Assembly: GCA_964016885.1 (NCBI GenBank) | Contig: OZ024743.1 | Coordinates: 209,312,001 to 209,376,000, forward strand | Source: Eledone cirrhosa | Taxonomy: Eukaryota | Direction: 5' to 3' | Length of the DNA stretch: 64,000 bases | Shown: positions 12,701-28,440 of the stretch, in pieces | How positions within the stretch are numbered: position 1 is the first letter of the stretch | Layout of the letters: each line of letters opens with the position of its first letter | The notes under the pieces: generated by a model | Databases searched by the model: none | The model's input: only the letters and a program-made list of their open reading frames with translations | Told to the model about the DNA's origin: nothing | Program-made: the position numbers and the translations under genes

Positions 12701-15700
12701 AGATGAAAGCACTTCACTCCATAAGATATACCACAGTTTACCATCCTATAGCCACGCATGAAAGCTCTTCACTACATAAGATATACCACGGTTTACCATC
12801 CTATAGCCACACATGAAAGCCCTTCACTCCATCAGATATACCAGACTTTACCATCCTATAGCCACAGATGAAAGCTCTTCACTCCATAAGATATACCACA
12901 GTTTACCATCCTATAGCCACAGATGAAAGCTGTTCACTCCATAAGACATACCACAGTTTACCATCCTATAGCCACACATGAAAGCTCTTCACTCCATAAG
13001 ATATACCACAGTTTACCATCCTATAGACAAAGATGAAAGCTGTTCACTCCATAAGATATACGACAGTTTACCATCCTATAGCCACAGATGAAAGCTGTTC
13101 ACTCCATAAGATATACGACAGTTTACCATCCTATAGCCAGATGAAAGCTGTTCACTCCATAAGATATACCACAGTTTACCATCCTATAGCCAGATGAAAG
13201 CTCTTCACTCCATAAGATATACCACAGTTTACCATCCTATAGCCACAGATGAAAGCTCTTCACTCCATAAGATATACCACAGTTTACCATCCTATAGCCA
13301 CAGATGAAAGCTCTTCACTCCATGAGATATACCACAGTTTACCATCCTATAGACACAGATGAAAGCTGTTCACTCCATAAGATATATGACAGTTTACCAT
13401 CCTATAGCCACAGATGAAAGCTGTTCACTCTATAAGATATACGACAGTTTACCATCCTATAGCCAGATGAAAGCTCTTCACTCCATAAGATATACCACAG
13501 TTTACCATCCTATAGCGACAGAGGAAAGCTGTTCACTCCATAAGATACCACAGTTTACCATCCTATAGCCAGATGAAAGCTCTTCACTCCATAAGATATA
13601 CCACAGTTTACCATCCTATAGCCACAGATGAAAGCTCTTCACCCCATAAGATATACCACAGTTTACCATCCTATAGCCACACATGAAAGCTCTTCACTCC
13701 ATAAGATATACCACAGTTTACCATCCTATAGCCACACATGAAAACTCTTCACTCCATAAGATATACCACAGTTTACCATCCTATAACCACAGATGAAAGC
13801 TCTTCACTCCATAAGATATACCACAGTTTACCATCCTATAGCCACAGATGAAAGCTCTTCACTCCATAAGATATACCACAGTTTACCATCCTATAGCCAC
13901 AGATGAAAGCTCTTCACCCCATAAGACATACCACAGTTTACCATCCTATAGCCACACATGAAAGCTCTTCACTCCATAAGATATACCACAGTTTACCATC
14001 CTATAGCCAGATGAAAGCTCTTCACTCCGTAAAATATACCACAGTTTACCATACTATAGCCACACATGAGAGCTCTTCACTCCATAAGATATACCACAGT
14101 TTACCATCCTATAGCCACACCTGAAAGCTCTTCACTCCATAAGATATACCACAGTTTACCATCCTATAGCCACAAATGAAATCTCTTCACTCCATAAAAT
14201 ATACCACAGTTTACCATCCTATAGCCACACATGAGAGCTCTTCACTCCATAAGATATACCACAGTTTACCATCCTATAGCCATACATGAAAGCTCTTCAC
14301 TCCATAAGATATACAACTGTTTACCATCATATAGCCACACATGAGAGCTCTTCACTCCATAAGATATACCACAGTTTACCATACTAGAGCCACACATGAG
14401 AGCTCTTCACTCCATAAGATATACCACTGTTTACCATCCTATGGCCACACATGAAAGCTTTTCACTCCATAAGATATACCACAGTTTACCATCTTATAGC
14501 CACACATGAAAGCTCTTCACTCCATAAGATATACCACTGTTTACCATCCTATGGCCACACATGAAAGCTCTTCACTCCATAAGATATACCACAGTTTACC
14601 ATCCTATAGCCAGATGACAGCTCTTCACTCCATAAAATATACCACAGTTTACCATCCTATGGCCACAGATGAAAGCTCTTCACTCCATAAGATATACCAC
14701 AGTTTACCATCCTATAGCCAGATGAAAGCTCTTCACTCCATAAGATATACCACAGTTTACCACCCTATGGCCACAGATGAAAGCTCTTCACTCCATGAGA
14801 TATACCACAGTTTACCATCCTATAGCCACGCCACGGATGAAAGCTCTTCACTCCATAAGATATACCACAGTTTACCATCCTATAGTCACACATGAAAGCT
14901 CTTCACTCCATAAGATATAACACAGTTTACCATCCTATAGCCAGATGAAAGCACTTCACTCCATAAGATATACCACAGTTTACAATCCTATAGCCACAGA
15001 TGAAAGCTCTTCACTCCATAAGATATACCACAGTTTACCATCCTATAGCCACAGATTTCAAGCTCTTCACTCCATAAGATATACCACAGTTTACCATCCT
15101 ATAGCCACGCCACGGATGAAAGCTCTTCACTCCATAAGATATACCACAGTTTAACATCCTATAGCCACAGATGAAAGCTGTTCACTCCATAAGATATACC
15201 ACAGTTTACCATCCTATAGCCAGATGAAAGCTCTACACTCCATAAGATATACAACAGTTTACCATCCTATAGCCACACATGAAAGCTCTTCACTCCATAA
15301 GATATACCACACTTTACCATCCTATAGCCACAAATGAAAGCTCTTCACTCCATAAGATATACCACAATTTACTATCCTATAGCCACACATGAAAGCTATT
15401 CACTCCATAAGATATACCACAGTTTACCATCCTATAGCCACAAATGAAAGCTCTTCACTCCATAAGATATACCACAGTTTACCATCCGATAGCCACACAT
15501 GAAAGCTCTTCACTCCATCAGATATACCACAGTTTACCATCCTATAGCCACACATGAAAGCTCTTCACTCCATAAGATATAACACAGTTTACCATCCTAT
15601 AGCCACAAATGAAAGCTCTTCACTCCATAAGATATACCACAGTTTACCATCCTATAGCCAGATGAAAGCACTTCACTCCGTAAGATATACCACAGTTTAC

Positions 15701-17314
15701 CATCCTAAAGCCACGCATGAAAGCTCTTCACTACATAAGATATACCACGGTTTACCATCCTATAGCCACACATGAAAGCCCTTCACTCCATAAGATATAC
15801 CGCAGTTTACCATCCTATAGCCACAGATGAAAGCTCTTCACTCCATAAAATATACGACAGTTTTCCATCCTATAGCCACAGATGAAAGCTCTTCACTCCA
15901 TAACATATACTACAGTTTACCATCCTATAGCCACACATGAGAGCTCTTCACTCCATAAGATATACCACAGTTTACCATCCTATAGCCACACATGAAAGCC
16001 CTTCACTCCATAAGATATCCCGCTATTTACCATCCTATAGCCACAGATGAAAGCTCTTCACTCCATAAAATATACCACAGTTTTCCATCCTATAGCCACA
16101 GATGAAAGCTCTTCACTCCATAACATATACTACAGTTTACCATCCTATAGCCACACATGAGAGCTCTTCACTCCATAAAATATACCGCAGTTTACCATCC
16201 TATAGCCACAAATGAAAGCTCTTCACTCCATAAGATATACCACAGTTTACCATCCTATAGCCACGCATGAAAGCTCTTCACTCCATAAGATATACCACAG
16301 TTTACCATCCGATTGCCACACATGAAAGCTCTTCACTCCATCAGATATACCACAGTTTACCATCCTATAGCCACACATGAAAGCTCTTCACTCCATAAGA
16401 TATACCACAGTTTACAATACTATAGCCACAAATGAAAGCTCTTCACTCCATAAGATATACCACAGTTTACCATCCTATAGCCAGATGAAAGCTCTTCACT
16501 CCATAAGATATAACACAGTTTACCATCCTATAGCCACGCATGAAAGCCCTTCACTCCATAAGATATACCACAGTTTACCATCCTATAGCCACGCATGAAA
16601 GCACTTCACTCCATAAGATATACCGCAGTTTACCATCCTATAGCCACAGATGAAAGCTCTTCACTCCATAAAATATACCACAGTTTTCCATCCTATAGCC
16701 ACAAATGAAAGCTCTTCACTCCATGAGATATACCACAGTTTACCATCCTATAGCCACACATGAAAGCTCTTCACTCCATAAGATATACCACAGTTTACCA
16801 TCCTATAGCCACGCCACGGATGAAAGCTCTTCACTCCATAAGATATACCACAGTTTACCATCCTATAGTCACACATGAAAGCTCTTCACTCCATAAGATA
16901 TACCACAGTTTACTATCCTATAGCCACAGATGAAAGCTCTTCACTCCATAAGATATACCACAGTTTACCATCCTATAGCCTCACATGAAAGCTCTTCACT
17001 CCATAAGATATACCACAGTTTACCATCGTATAGCCACACATGAAAGCTCTTCACTCCATAAGATATACCACAGTTTACCATCCTATAGCTACAGATGAAA
17101 GCTCTTCACTCCATAAGATATACCACAGTTTACCATCATATAGCCACACATGAAAGCTCTTCACTCCATAAGATATACCACACTTTACCATCCTATAGCC
17201 ACAGATGAAAGCTCTTCACTCCATAAGATATACCACAGTTTACCATCCTATAGCCACAGATGAAAGCTGTTCACTCCATAAGATATACCACAGTTTACCA
17301 TCCTATAGCCACAC
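6188..17314 (+). repeat. ~11.18-kb higher-order duplication, copy A
   Basis: The variant series and ORF starts recur at +11182 (6298>17480, 7117>18299), +11181 (7993>19174, 12595>23776) and +11126 (13359>24485, 16377>27503). Starts at the CACGCC/TACCTCAG monomer at 6188. Confidence 0.93.
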
Positions 17315-17369
17315 ATGAAAGCTCTTCACCCCATAAGATATACCACAGTTTACCATCCTATAGCCACAC

Positions 17370-20300
17370 ATGAAAGCTCTTCACGCCATAAGATATACCT
17401 CAGTTTACCATCCTATAGCCACAGATGAAAGCTCTTCAGTCCATAAGATATACCACAGTTTACCATCCTATAGCCACACATGAGAGCTCTTCACTCCATA
17501 AGATATACCACAATTTACCATCCTATGGCCACACATGAAAGCTCTTCACCCCATAAGATATACCACAGTTTACCATCCTATAGCCAGATGAAAGCTCTTC
17601 ACTCCGTAAGATATACGACAGTTTACCATCCTATAGCCACACATGAAATCTCTTCACTCCATAAGATATACCACAGTTTACCATACTATAGCCACAAATG
17701 AAGGCTCTTCACTCCATCAGATATACCAGACTTTACCATCCTATAGCCACAGATGAAAGCTCTTCACTCCATAAGATATACCACAGTTTACCATCCTATA
17801 GCCACAGATGAAAGCTGTTCACTCCATAAGACATACCACAGTTTACCATCCTATAGCCACACATGAAAGCTCTTCACTCCATAAGATATACCACAGATTA
17901 CCATCCTATAGACAAAGATGAAAGCTGTTCACTCCATAAGATATACGACAGTTTACCATCCTATAGCCACAGATGAAAGCTGTTCACTCCATAAGATATA
18001 CGACAGTTTACCATCGTATAGCCAGATGAAAGCTCTTCACTCCATAAGATATACCACTGTTTACCATCCTATAGCCACAGATGAAAGCTGTTCACTCCAT
18101 AAGATATACCACAGTTTACCATCCTATAGCCAGATGAAAGCTCTTCACTCCATAAGATATACCACAGTTTACCATCCTATAGCCACAGATGAAAGCTCTT
18201 CACTCCATAAGATATACCACAGTTTACCATCCTATAGCCACAGATGAAAGCTCTTCACTCCATGAGATATACCACAGTTTACCATCCTATAGACACAGAT
18301 GAAAGCTGTTCACTCCATAAGATATACGACAGTTTACCATCCTATAGCCACAGATGAAAGCTGTTCACTCCATAAGATATACGACAGTTTACCATCCTAT
18401 AGCCAGATGAAAGCTCTTCACTCCATAAGATATACCACAGTTTACCATCCTATAGCCACAGAGGAAAGCTGTTCACTCCATAAGATATACCACAGTTTAC
18501 CATCCTATAGCCAGATGAAAGCTCTTCACTCCATAAGATATACCACAGTCTACCATCCTATAGCCACAGATGAAAGCTCTTCACCCCATAAGATATACCA
18601 CAGTTTACCATCCTATAGCCACACATGAAAGCTGTTCACTCCATAAGATATACCACAGTTTACCATCCTATAGCCACACATGAAAGCTCTTCACTCCATA
18701 AGATATACCACAGTTTACCATCCTATAGCCACACATGAAAGCTCTTCACTCCATAAGATATACCACAGTTTACCATCCTATAGCCACAGATGAAAGCTCT
18801 TCACTCCATAAGATATACCACAGTTTACCATCCTATAGCCACAGATGTAAGCTCTTCACCCCATGAGATATACCACAGTTTACCATCCTATAGCCACAGA
18901 TGAAAGCTCTTCACCCCATAAGATATACCACAGTTTACCATCCTATAGCCACACATGAAAGCTCTTCACTCCATAAGATATACCACAGTTTACCATCCTA
19001 TAGCCACACATGAAAGCTCTTCACTCCATAAGATATACCACAGTTTACCATCCTATAGCCACACATGAAAGCTCTTCACTCCATAAGATATACCACAGTT
19101 TACCATCCTATAGCACAGATGAAAGCTCTTCACCCCATAAGATATACCACAGTTTACCATCCTATAGCCACACATGAAAGCTCTTCACCCCATAAGATAT
19201 ACCACAGTTTACCATCCTATAGCCACACATGAAAGCTCTTCACTCCATAAGATATACCACAGTTTACCATCCAATAGCCAGATGAAAGCTCTTCACTCCA
19301 TAAGATATACGACAGTTTACCATCCTATAGCCACACATGAAATCTCTTCACTCCATAAGATATATCTCAATTTACCATCCTATAGCCACAGATGAAAGAT
19401 CTTCACTCCATAAGTTATACCACAGTTTACCATCCTATAGTCACACATGAAAGCTCTTCACGCCATAAGATATACCTCAGTTTACCATCCTATAGCCACA
19501 GATGAAAGCTCTTCAGTCCATAAGATATACCACAGTTTACCATCCTATAGCCACACATGAGAGCTCTTCACTCCATAAGATATACCACAATTTACCATCC
19601 TATGGCCACACATGAAAGCTCTTCACCCCATAAGATATACCACAGTTTACCATCCTATAGCCAGATGAAAGCTCTTCACTCCGTAAGATATACGACAGTT
19701 TACCATCCTATAGCCACACATGAAATCTCTTCACTCCATAAGATATACCACAGTTTACCATACTATAGCCACAAATGAAGGCTCTTCACTCCATCAGATA
19801 TACCAGACTTTACCATCCTATAGCCACAGATGAAAGCTCTTCAGTCCATAAGATATACCACAGTTTACCATCCTATAGCCACAGATGAAAGCTGTTCACT
19901 CCATAAGACATACCACAGTTTACCATCCTATAGCCACACATGAAAGCTCTTCACTCCATAAGATATACCACAGATTACCATCCTATAGACAAAGATGAAA
20001 GCTGTTCACTCCATAAGATATACGACAGTTTACCATCCTATAGCCACAGATGAAAGCTGTTCACTCCATAAGATATACGACAGTTTACCATCCTATAGCC
20101 AGATGAAAGCTCTTCACTCCATAAGATATACCACAGTTTACCATCCTATAGCCACAGATGAAAGCTGTTCACTCCATAAGATATACCACAGTTTACCATC
20201 CTATAGCCAGATGAAAGCTCTTCACTCCATAAGATATACCACAGTTTACCATCCTATAGCCACAGATGAAAGCTCTTCACTCCATAAGATATACCACAGT

Positions 20301-23300
20301 TTACCATCCTATAGCCACAGATGAAAGCTCTTCACTCCATGAGATATACCACAGTTTACCATCCTATAGACACAGATGAAAGCTGTTCACTCCATAAGAT
20401 ATACGACAGTTTACCATCCTATAGCCACAGATGAAAGCTGTTCACTCCATAAGATATACGACAGTTTACCATCCTATAGCCAGATGAAAGCTCTTCACTC
20501 CATAAGATATACCACAGTTTACCATCCTATAGCCACAGAGGAAAGCTGTTCACTCCATAAGATATACCACAGTTTACCATCCTATAGCCAGATGAAAGCT
20601 CTTCACTCCATAAGATATACCACAGTTTACCATCCTATAGCCACAGATGAAAGCTCTTCACCCCATAAGATATACCACAGTTTACCATCCTATAGCCACA
20701 CATGAAAGCTGTTCACTCCATAAGATATACCACAGTTTACCATCCTATAGCCACACATGAAAGCTCTTCACTCCATAAGATATACCACAGTTTACCATCC
20801 TATAACCACAGATGAAAGCTCTTCACTCCATAAGATATACCACAGTTTACCATCCTATAGCCACAGATGAAAGCTCTTCACTCCATAAGATATACCACAG
20901 TTTACCATCCTATAGCCACAGATGAAAGCTCTTCACCCCATAAGACATACCACAGTTTACCATCCTATAGCCACACATGAAAGCTCTTCACTCCATAAGA
21001 TATACCACAGTTTACCATCCTATAGCCAGATGAAAGCTCTTCACTCCGTAAAATATACCACAGTTTACCATCCTATAGCCACACATGAGAGCTCTTCACT
21101 CCATAAGATATACCACAGTTTACCATCCTATAGCCACACCTGAAAGCTCTTCACTCCATAAAATATACCACAGTTTACCATCCTATAGCCACACATGAGA
21201 GCTCTTCACTCCATAAGATATACCACAGTTTACCATCCTATAGCCATACATGAAAGCTCTTCACTCCATAAGATATACAACTGTTTACCATCATATAGCC
21301 ACACATGAGAGCTCTTCACTCCATAAGATATACCACAGTTTACCATCCTATAGCCACACATGAGAGCTCTTCACTCCATAAGATATACCACTGTTTACCA
21401 TCCTATGGCCACACATGAAAGCTTTTCACTCCATAAGATATACCACAGTTTACCATCTTATAGCCACACATGAAAGCTCTTCACTCCATAAGATATACCA
21501 CTGTTTACCATCCTATGGCCACACATGAAAGCTCTTCACTCCATAAGATATACCAAAGTTTACCATCCTATAGCCAGATGAAAGCTCTTCACTCCATAAA
21601 ATATACCACAGTTTACCATCCTATGGCCACAGATGAAAGCTCTTCACTCCATAAGATATACCACAGTTTACCATCCTATAGCCAGATGAAAGCTCTTCAC
21701 TCCATAAGATATACCACAGTTTACCACCCTATGGCCACAGATGAAATCTCTTCACTCCATGAGATATACCACAGTTTACCATCCTATAGCCACGCCACGG
21801 ATGAAAGCTCTTCACTCCATAAGATATACCACAGTTTACCATCCTATAGTCACACCTGAAAGCTCTTCACTCCATAAGATATAACACAGTTTACCATCCT
21901 ATAGCCAGATGAAAGCACTTCACTCCATAAGATATACCACATTTTACAATCCTATAGCCACAGATGAAAGCTCTTCACTCCATAAGATATACCACAGTTT
22001 ACCATCATATAGCCACAGATTTAAAGTTCTTCACTCCATAAGATATACCACAGTTTACCATCCTATAGCCACACATGAAAGCTCTTCACTCCATAAGATA
22101 TACCACACTTTACCATCCTGTAGCCACAGATGAAAGCTCTTCACTCCATAAGATATACCACAGTTTACCATCCTATAGCCACACATGAAAGTTCTTCACT
22201 CCATAAGATATACCACAGTTTACCATCCTATAGCCTAAGATGAAAGCTGTTCACTCCATAAGATATACGACAGTTTACCATCCTATAGCCACAAATGAAA
22301 GCTGTTCACTCCATAAGATATACCACAGTTTACCATCCTATAGCCAGATGAAAGCTCTTCACTCCATAAGATATACCACAGTTTACCATCCTATAGCCAC
22401 AGATGAAAGCTGTTCACTCCATAAGATATACCACAGTTTACCATCCTATAGCCACGCCACGGATGAAAGCTCTTCACTCCATAAGATATACCACAGTTTA
22501 CCATCCTATAGCCACAGATGAAAGCTGTTCACTCCATAAGATATACCACAGTTTACCATCCTATAGCCAGATGAAAGCTCTTCACTCCATAAGATATACA
22601 ACAGTTTACCATCCGATAGCCACACATGAAAGCTCTTCACTCCATTAGATATACCACAGTTTACCATCCTATAGCCACACATGAAAGCTCTTCACGCCAT
22701 AAGATATACCACAGTTTACCATCCTATAGCCACAAATGAAAGCTATTCACTCCATAAGATATACCACAGTTTACCATCATATAGCCAGATGAAAGCTCTT
22801 CACTCCATAAGATATACCACAGTTTACCATCCTATAGCCACACATGAAAGCTCTTCACTCCATAAAATATACCACAGTTTTCCATCCTATAGCCACAGAT
22901 GAAAGCTCTTCACTCCATAACATATACTACATTTTACCATCCTATAGCCACACATGAGAGCTCTTCACTCCATAAGATATACCACAGTTTACCATCCTAT
23001 AGCCACAGATGAAAGCTGTTCACTCCATAAGATATACCACAGTTTACCATCCTATAGCCAGATGAAAGCTCTTCACTCTATAAGATATACCACAGTTTAC
23101 CATCCTATAGCCACGCCACGGATGAAAGCTCTTCACTCCATAAGATATACCACAGTTTACCATCCTATAGCCACAGATGAAAGCTGTTCACTCCATAAGA
23201 TATACCACAGTTTACCATCCTATAGCCAGATGAAAGCTCTTCACTCCATAAGATATACCACAGTTTACCATCCTATAGCCACGGATGAAAGCTGTTCACT

Positions 23301-26300
23301 CCATAAGATATACCACAGTTTACCATCCTATAGCCAGATGAAAGCTCTTCACTCCATAAGATATACAACAGTTTATCATCCGATAGCCACACATGAAAGC
23401 TCTTCACTCCATTAGATATACCACAGTTTACCATCCTATAGCCACACATGAAAGCTCTTCACGCCATAAGATATACCACAGTTTACCATCCTATAGCCAC
23501 AAATGAAAGCTATTCACTCCATAAGATATACCACAGTTTACCATCATATAGCCAGATGAAAGCTCTTCACTCCATAAGATATACCACAGTTTACCATCCT
23601 ATAGCCACACATGAAAGCTATTCACTCCATAAGATATACCACAGTTTACCATCCTATAGCCACAAATGAAAGCTCTTCACTCCATAAGATATACCACAGT
23701 TTACCATCCGATAGCCACACATGAAAGCTCTTCACTCCATCAGATATACCACAGTTTACCATCCTATAGCCACACATGAAAGCTCTTCACTCCATAAGAT
23801 ATACCACAGTTTACCATCCTATAGCCACAAATGAAAGCTCTTCACTCCATAAGATATACCACAGTTTAGCATCCTATAGCCAGATGAAAGCACTTCACTC
23901 CATAAGATATACCACAGTTTACCATCCTATAGCCACGCATGAAAGCTCTTCACTACATAAGATATACCACGGTTTACCATCCTATAGCCACACATGAAAG
24001 CCCTTCACTCCATCAGATATACCAGACTTTACCATCCTATAGACAAAGATGAAAGCTCTTCACTCCATAAGATATACCACAGTTTACCATCCTATAGCCA
24101 CAGATGAAAGCTGTTCACTCCATAAGACATACCACAGTTTACCATCCTATAGCCACACATGAAAGCTCTTCACTCCATAAGATATACCACAGTTTACCAT
24201 CCTATAGACAAAGATGAAAGCTGTTCACTCCATAAGATATACCACAGTTTACCATCCTATAGCCACAGATGAAAGCTGTTCACTCCATAAGATATACGAC
24301 AGTTTACCATCCTATAGCCAGATGAAAGCTGTTCACTCCATAAGATATACCACAGTTTACCATCCTATAGCCAGATGAAAGCTCTTCACTCCATAAGATA
24401 TACCACAGTTTACCATCCTATAGCCACAGATGAAAGCTCTTCACTCCATGAGATATACCACAGTTTACCATCCTATAGACACAGATGAAAGCTGTTCACT
24501 CCATAAGATATATGACAGTTTACCATCCTATAGCCACAGATGAAAGCTGTTCACTCTATAAGATATACGACAGTTTACCATCCTATAGCCAGATGAAAGC
24601 TCTTCACTCCATAAGATATACCACAGTTTACCATCCTATAGCGACAGAGGAAAGCTGTTCACTCCATAAGATACCACAGTTTACCATCCTATAGCCAGAT
24701 GAAAGCTCTTCACTCCATAAGATATACCACAGTTTACCATCCTATAGCCACAGATGAAAGCTCTTCACCCCATAAGATATACCACAGTTTACCATCCTAT
24801 AGCCACACATGAAAGCTCTTCACTCCATAAGATATACCACAGTTTACCATCCTATAGCCACACATGAAAACTCTTCACTCCATAAGATATACCACAGTTT
24901 ACCATCCTATAACCACAGATGAAAGCTCTTCACTCCATAAGATATACCACAGTTTACCATCCTATAGCCACAGATGAAAGCTCTTCACTCCATAAGATAT
25001 ACCACAGTTTACCATCCTATAGCCACAGATGAAAGCTCTTCACCCCATAAGACATACCACAGTTTACCATCCTATAGCCACACATGAAAGCTCTTCACTC
25101 CATAAGATATACCACAGTTTACCATCCTATAGCCAGATGAAAGCTCTTCACTCCGTAAAATATACCACAGTTTACCATCCTATAGCCACACATGAGAGCT
25201 CTTCACTCCATAAGATATACCACAGTTTACCATCCTATAGCCACACCTGAAAGCTCTTCACTCCATAAGATATACCACAGTTTACCATCCTATAGCCACA
25301 AATGAAATCTCTTCACTCCATAAAATATACCACAGTTTACCATCCTATAGCCACACATGAGAGCTCTTCACTCCATAAGATATACCACAGTTTACCATCC
25401 TATAGCCATACATGAAAGCTCTTCACTCCATAAGATATACAACTGTTTACCATCATATAGCCACACATGAGAGCTCTTCACTCCATAAGATATACCACAG
25501 TTTACCATACTAGAGCCACACATGAGAGCTCTTCACTCCATAAGATATACCACTGTTTACCATCCTATGGCCACACATGAAAGCTTTTCACTCCATAAGA
25601 TATACCACAGTTTACCATCTTATAGCCACACATGAAAGCTCTTCACTCCATAAGATATACCACTGTTTACCATCCTATGGCCACACATGAAAGCTCTTCA
25701 CTCCATAAGATATACCACAGTTTACCATCCTATAGCCAGATGACAGCTCTTCACTCCATAAAATATACCACAGTTTACCATCCTATGGCCACAGATGAAA
25801 GCTCTTCACTCCATAAGATATACCACAGTTTACCATCCTATAGCCAGATGAAAGCTCTTCACTCCATAAGATATACCACAGTTTACCACCCTATGGCCAC
25901 AGATGAAAGCTCTTCACTCCATGAGATATACCACAGTTTACCATCCTATAGCCACGCCACGGATGAAAGCTCTTCACTCCATAAGATATACCACAGTTTA
26001 CCATCCTATAGTTACACATGAAAGCTCTTCACTCCATAAGATATAACACAGTTTACCATCCTATAGCCAGATGAAAGCACTTCACTCCATAAGATATACC
26101 ACAGTTTACAATCCTATAGCCACAGATGAAAGCTCTTCACTCCATAAGATATACCACAGTTTACCATCCTATAGCCACAGATTTCAAGCTCTTCACTCCA
26201 TAAGATATACCACAGTTTACCATCCTATAGCCACGCCACGGATGAAAGCTCTTCACTCCATAAGATATACCACAGTTTAACATCCTATAGCCACAGATGA

Positions 26301-28440
26301 AAGCTGTTCACTCCATAAGATATACCACAGTTTACCATCCTATAGCCAGATGAAAGCTCTACACTCCATAAGATATACAACAGTTTACCATCCTATAGCC
26401 ACACATGAAAGCTCTTCACTCCATAAGATATACCACACTTTACCATCCTATAGCCACAAATGAAAGCTCTTCACTCCATAAGATATACCACAATTTACTA
26501 TCCTATAGCCACACATGAAAGCTATTCACTCCATAAGATATACCACAGTTTACCATCCTATAGCCACAAATGAAAGCTCTTCACTCCATAAGATATACCA
26601 CAGTTTACCATCCGATAGCCACACATGAAAGCTCTTCACTCCATCAGATATACCACAGTTTACCATCCTATAGCCACACATGAAAGCTCTTCACTCCATA
26701 AGATATAACACAGTTTACCATCCTATAGCCACAAATGAAAGCTCTTCACTCCATAAGATATACCACAGTTTACCATCCTATAGCCAGATGAAAGCACTTC
26801 ACTCCGTAAGATATACCACAGTTTACCATCCTATAGCCACGCATGAAAGCTCTTCACTACATAAGATATACCACGGTTTACCATCCTATAGCCACACATG
26901 AAAGCCCTTCACTCCATAAGATATACCGCAGTTTACCATCCTATAGCCACAGATGAAAGCTCTTCACTCCATAAAATATACGACAGTTTTCCATCCTATA
27001 GCCACAGATGAAAGCTCTTCACTCCATAACATATACTACAGTTTACCATCCTATAGCCACACATGAGAGCTCTTCACTCCATAAGATATACCACAGTTTA
27101 CCATCCTATAGCCACACATGAAAGCCCTTCACTCCATAAGATATCCCGCTATTTACCATCCTATAGCCACAGATGAAAGCTCTTCACTCCATAAAATATA
27201 CCACAGTTTTCCATCCTATAGCCACAGATGAAAGCTCTTCACTCCATAACATATACTACAGTTTACCATCCTATAGCCACACATGAGAGCTCTTCACTCC
27301 ATAAAATATACCGCAGTTTACCATCCTATAGCCACAAATGAAAGCTCTTCACTCCATAAGATATACCACAGTTTACCATCCTATAGCCACGCATGAAAGC
27401 TCTTCACTCCATAAGATATACCACAGTTTACCATCCGATTGCCACACATGAAAGCTCTTCACTCCATCAGATATACCACAGTTTACCATCCTATAGCCAC
27501 ACATGAAAGCTCTTCACTCCATAAGATATACCACAGTTTACAATACTATAGCCACAAATGAAAGCTCTTCACTCCATAAGATATACCACAGTTTACCATC
27601 CTATAGCCAGATGAAAGCTCTTCACTCCATAAGATATAACACAGTTTACCATCCTATAGCCACGCATGAAAGCCCTTCACTCCATTAGATATACCACAGT
27701 TTACCATCCTATAGCCACGCATGAAAGCACTTCACTCCATAAGATATACTGCAGTTTACCATCCTATAGCCACAGATGAAAGCTCTTCACTCCATAAAAT
27801 ATACCACAGTTTTCCATCCTATAGCCACAAATGAAAGCTCTTCACTCCATGAGATATACCACAGTTTACCATCCTATAGCCACACATGAAAGCTCTTCAC
27901 TCCATAAGATATACCACAGTTTACCATCCTATAGCCACGCCACGGATGAAAGCTCTTCACTCCATAAGATATACCACAGTTTACCATCCTATAGTCACAC
28001 ATGAAAGCTCTTCACTCCATAAGATATACCACAGTTTACTATCCTATAGCCACAGATGAAAGCTCTTCACTCCATAAGATATACCACAGTTTACCATCCT
28101 ATAGCCTCACATGAAAGCTCTTCACTCCATAAGATATACCACAGTTTACCATCGTATAGCCACACATGAAAGCTCTTCACTCCATAAGATATACCACAGT
28201 TTACCATCCTATAGCTACAGATGAAAGCTCTTCACTCCATAAGATATACCACAGTTTACCATCATATAGCCACACATGAAAGCTCTTCACTCCATAAGAT
28301 ATACCACACTTTACCATCCTATAGCCACAGATGAAAGCTCTTCACTCCATAAGATATACCACAGTTTACCATCCTATAGCCACAGATGAAAGCTGTTCAC
28401 TCCATAAGATATACCACAGTTTACCATCCTATAGCCACAC
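17370..28440 (+). repeat. ~11.18-kb higher-order duplication, copy B
   Basis: Same order of rare variants as 6188-17314. It has a 1-bp deletion (TAGCACAG near 19113) and lacks one monomer near 24375-24430. Confidence 0.93.
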
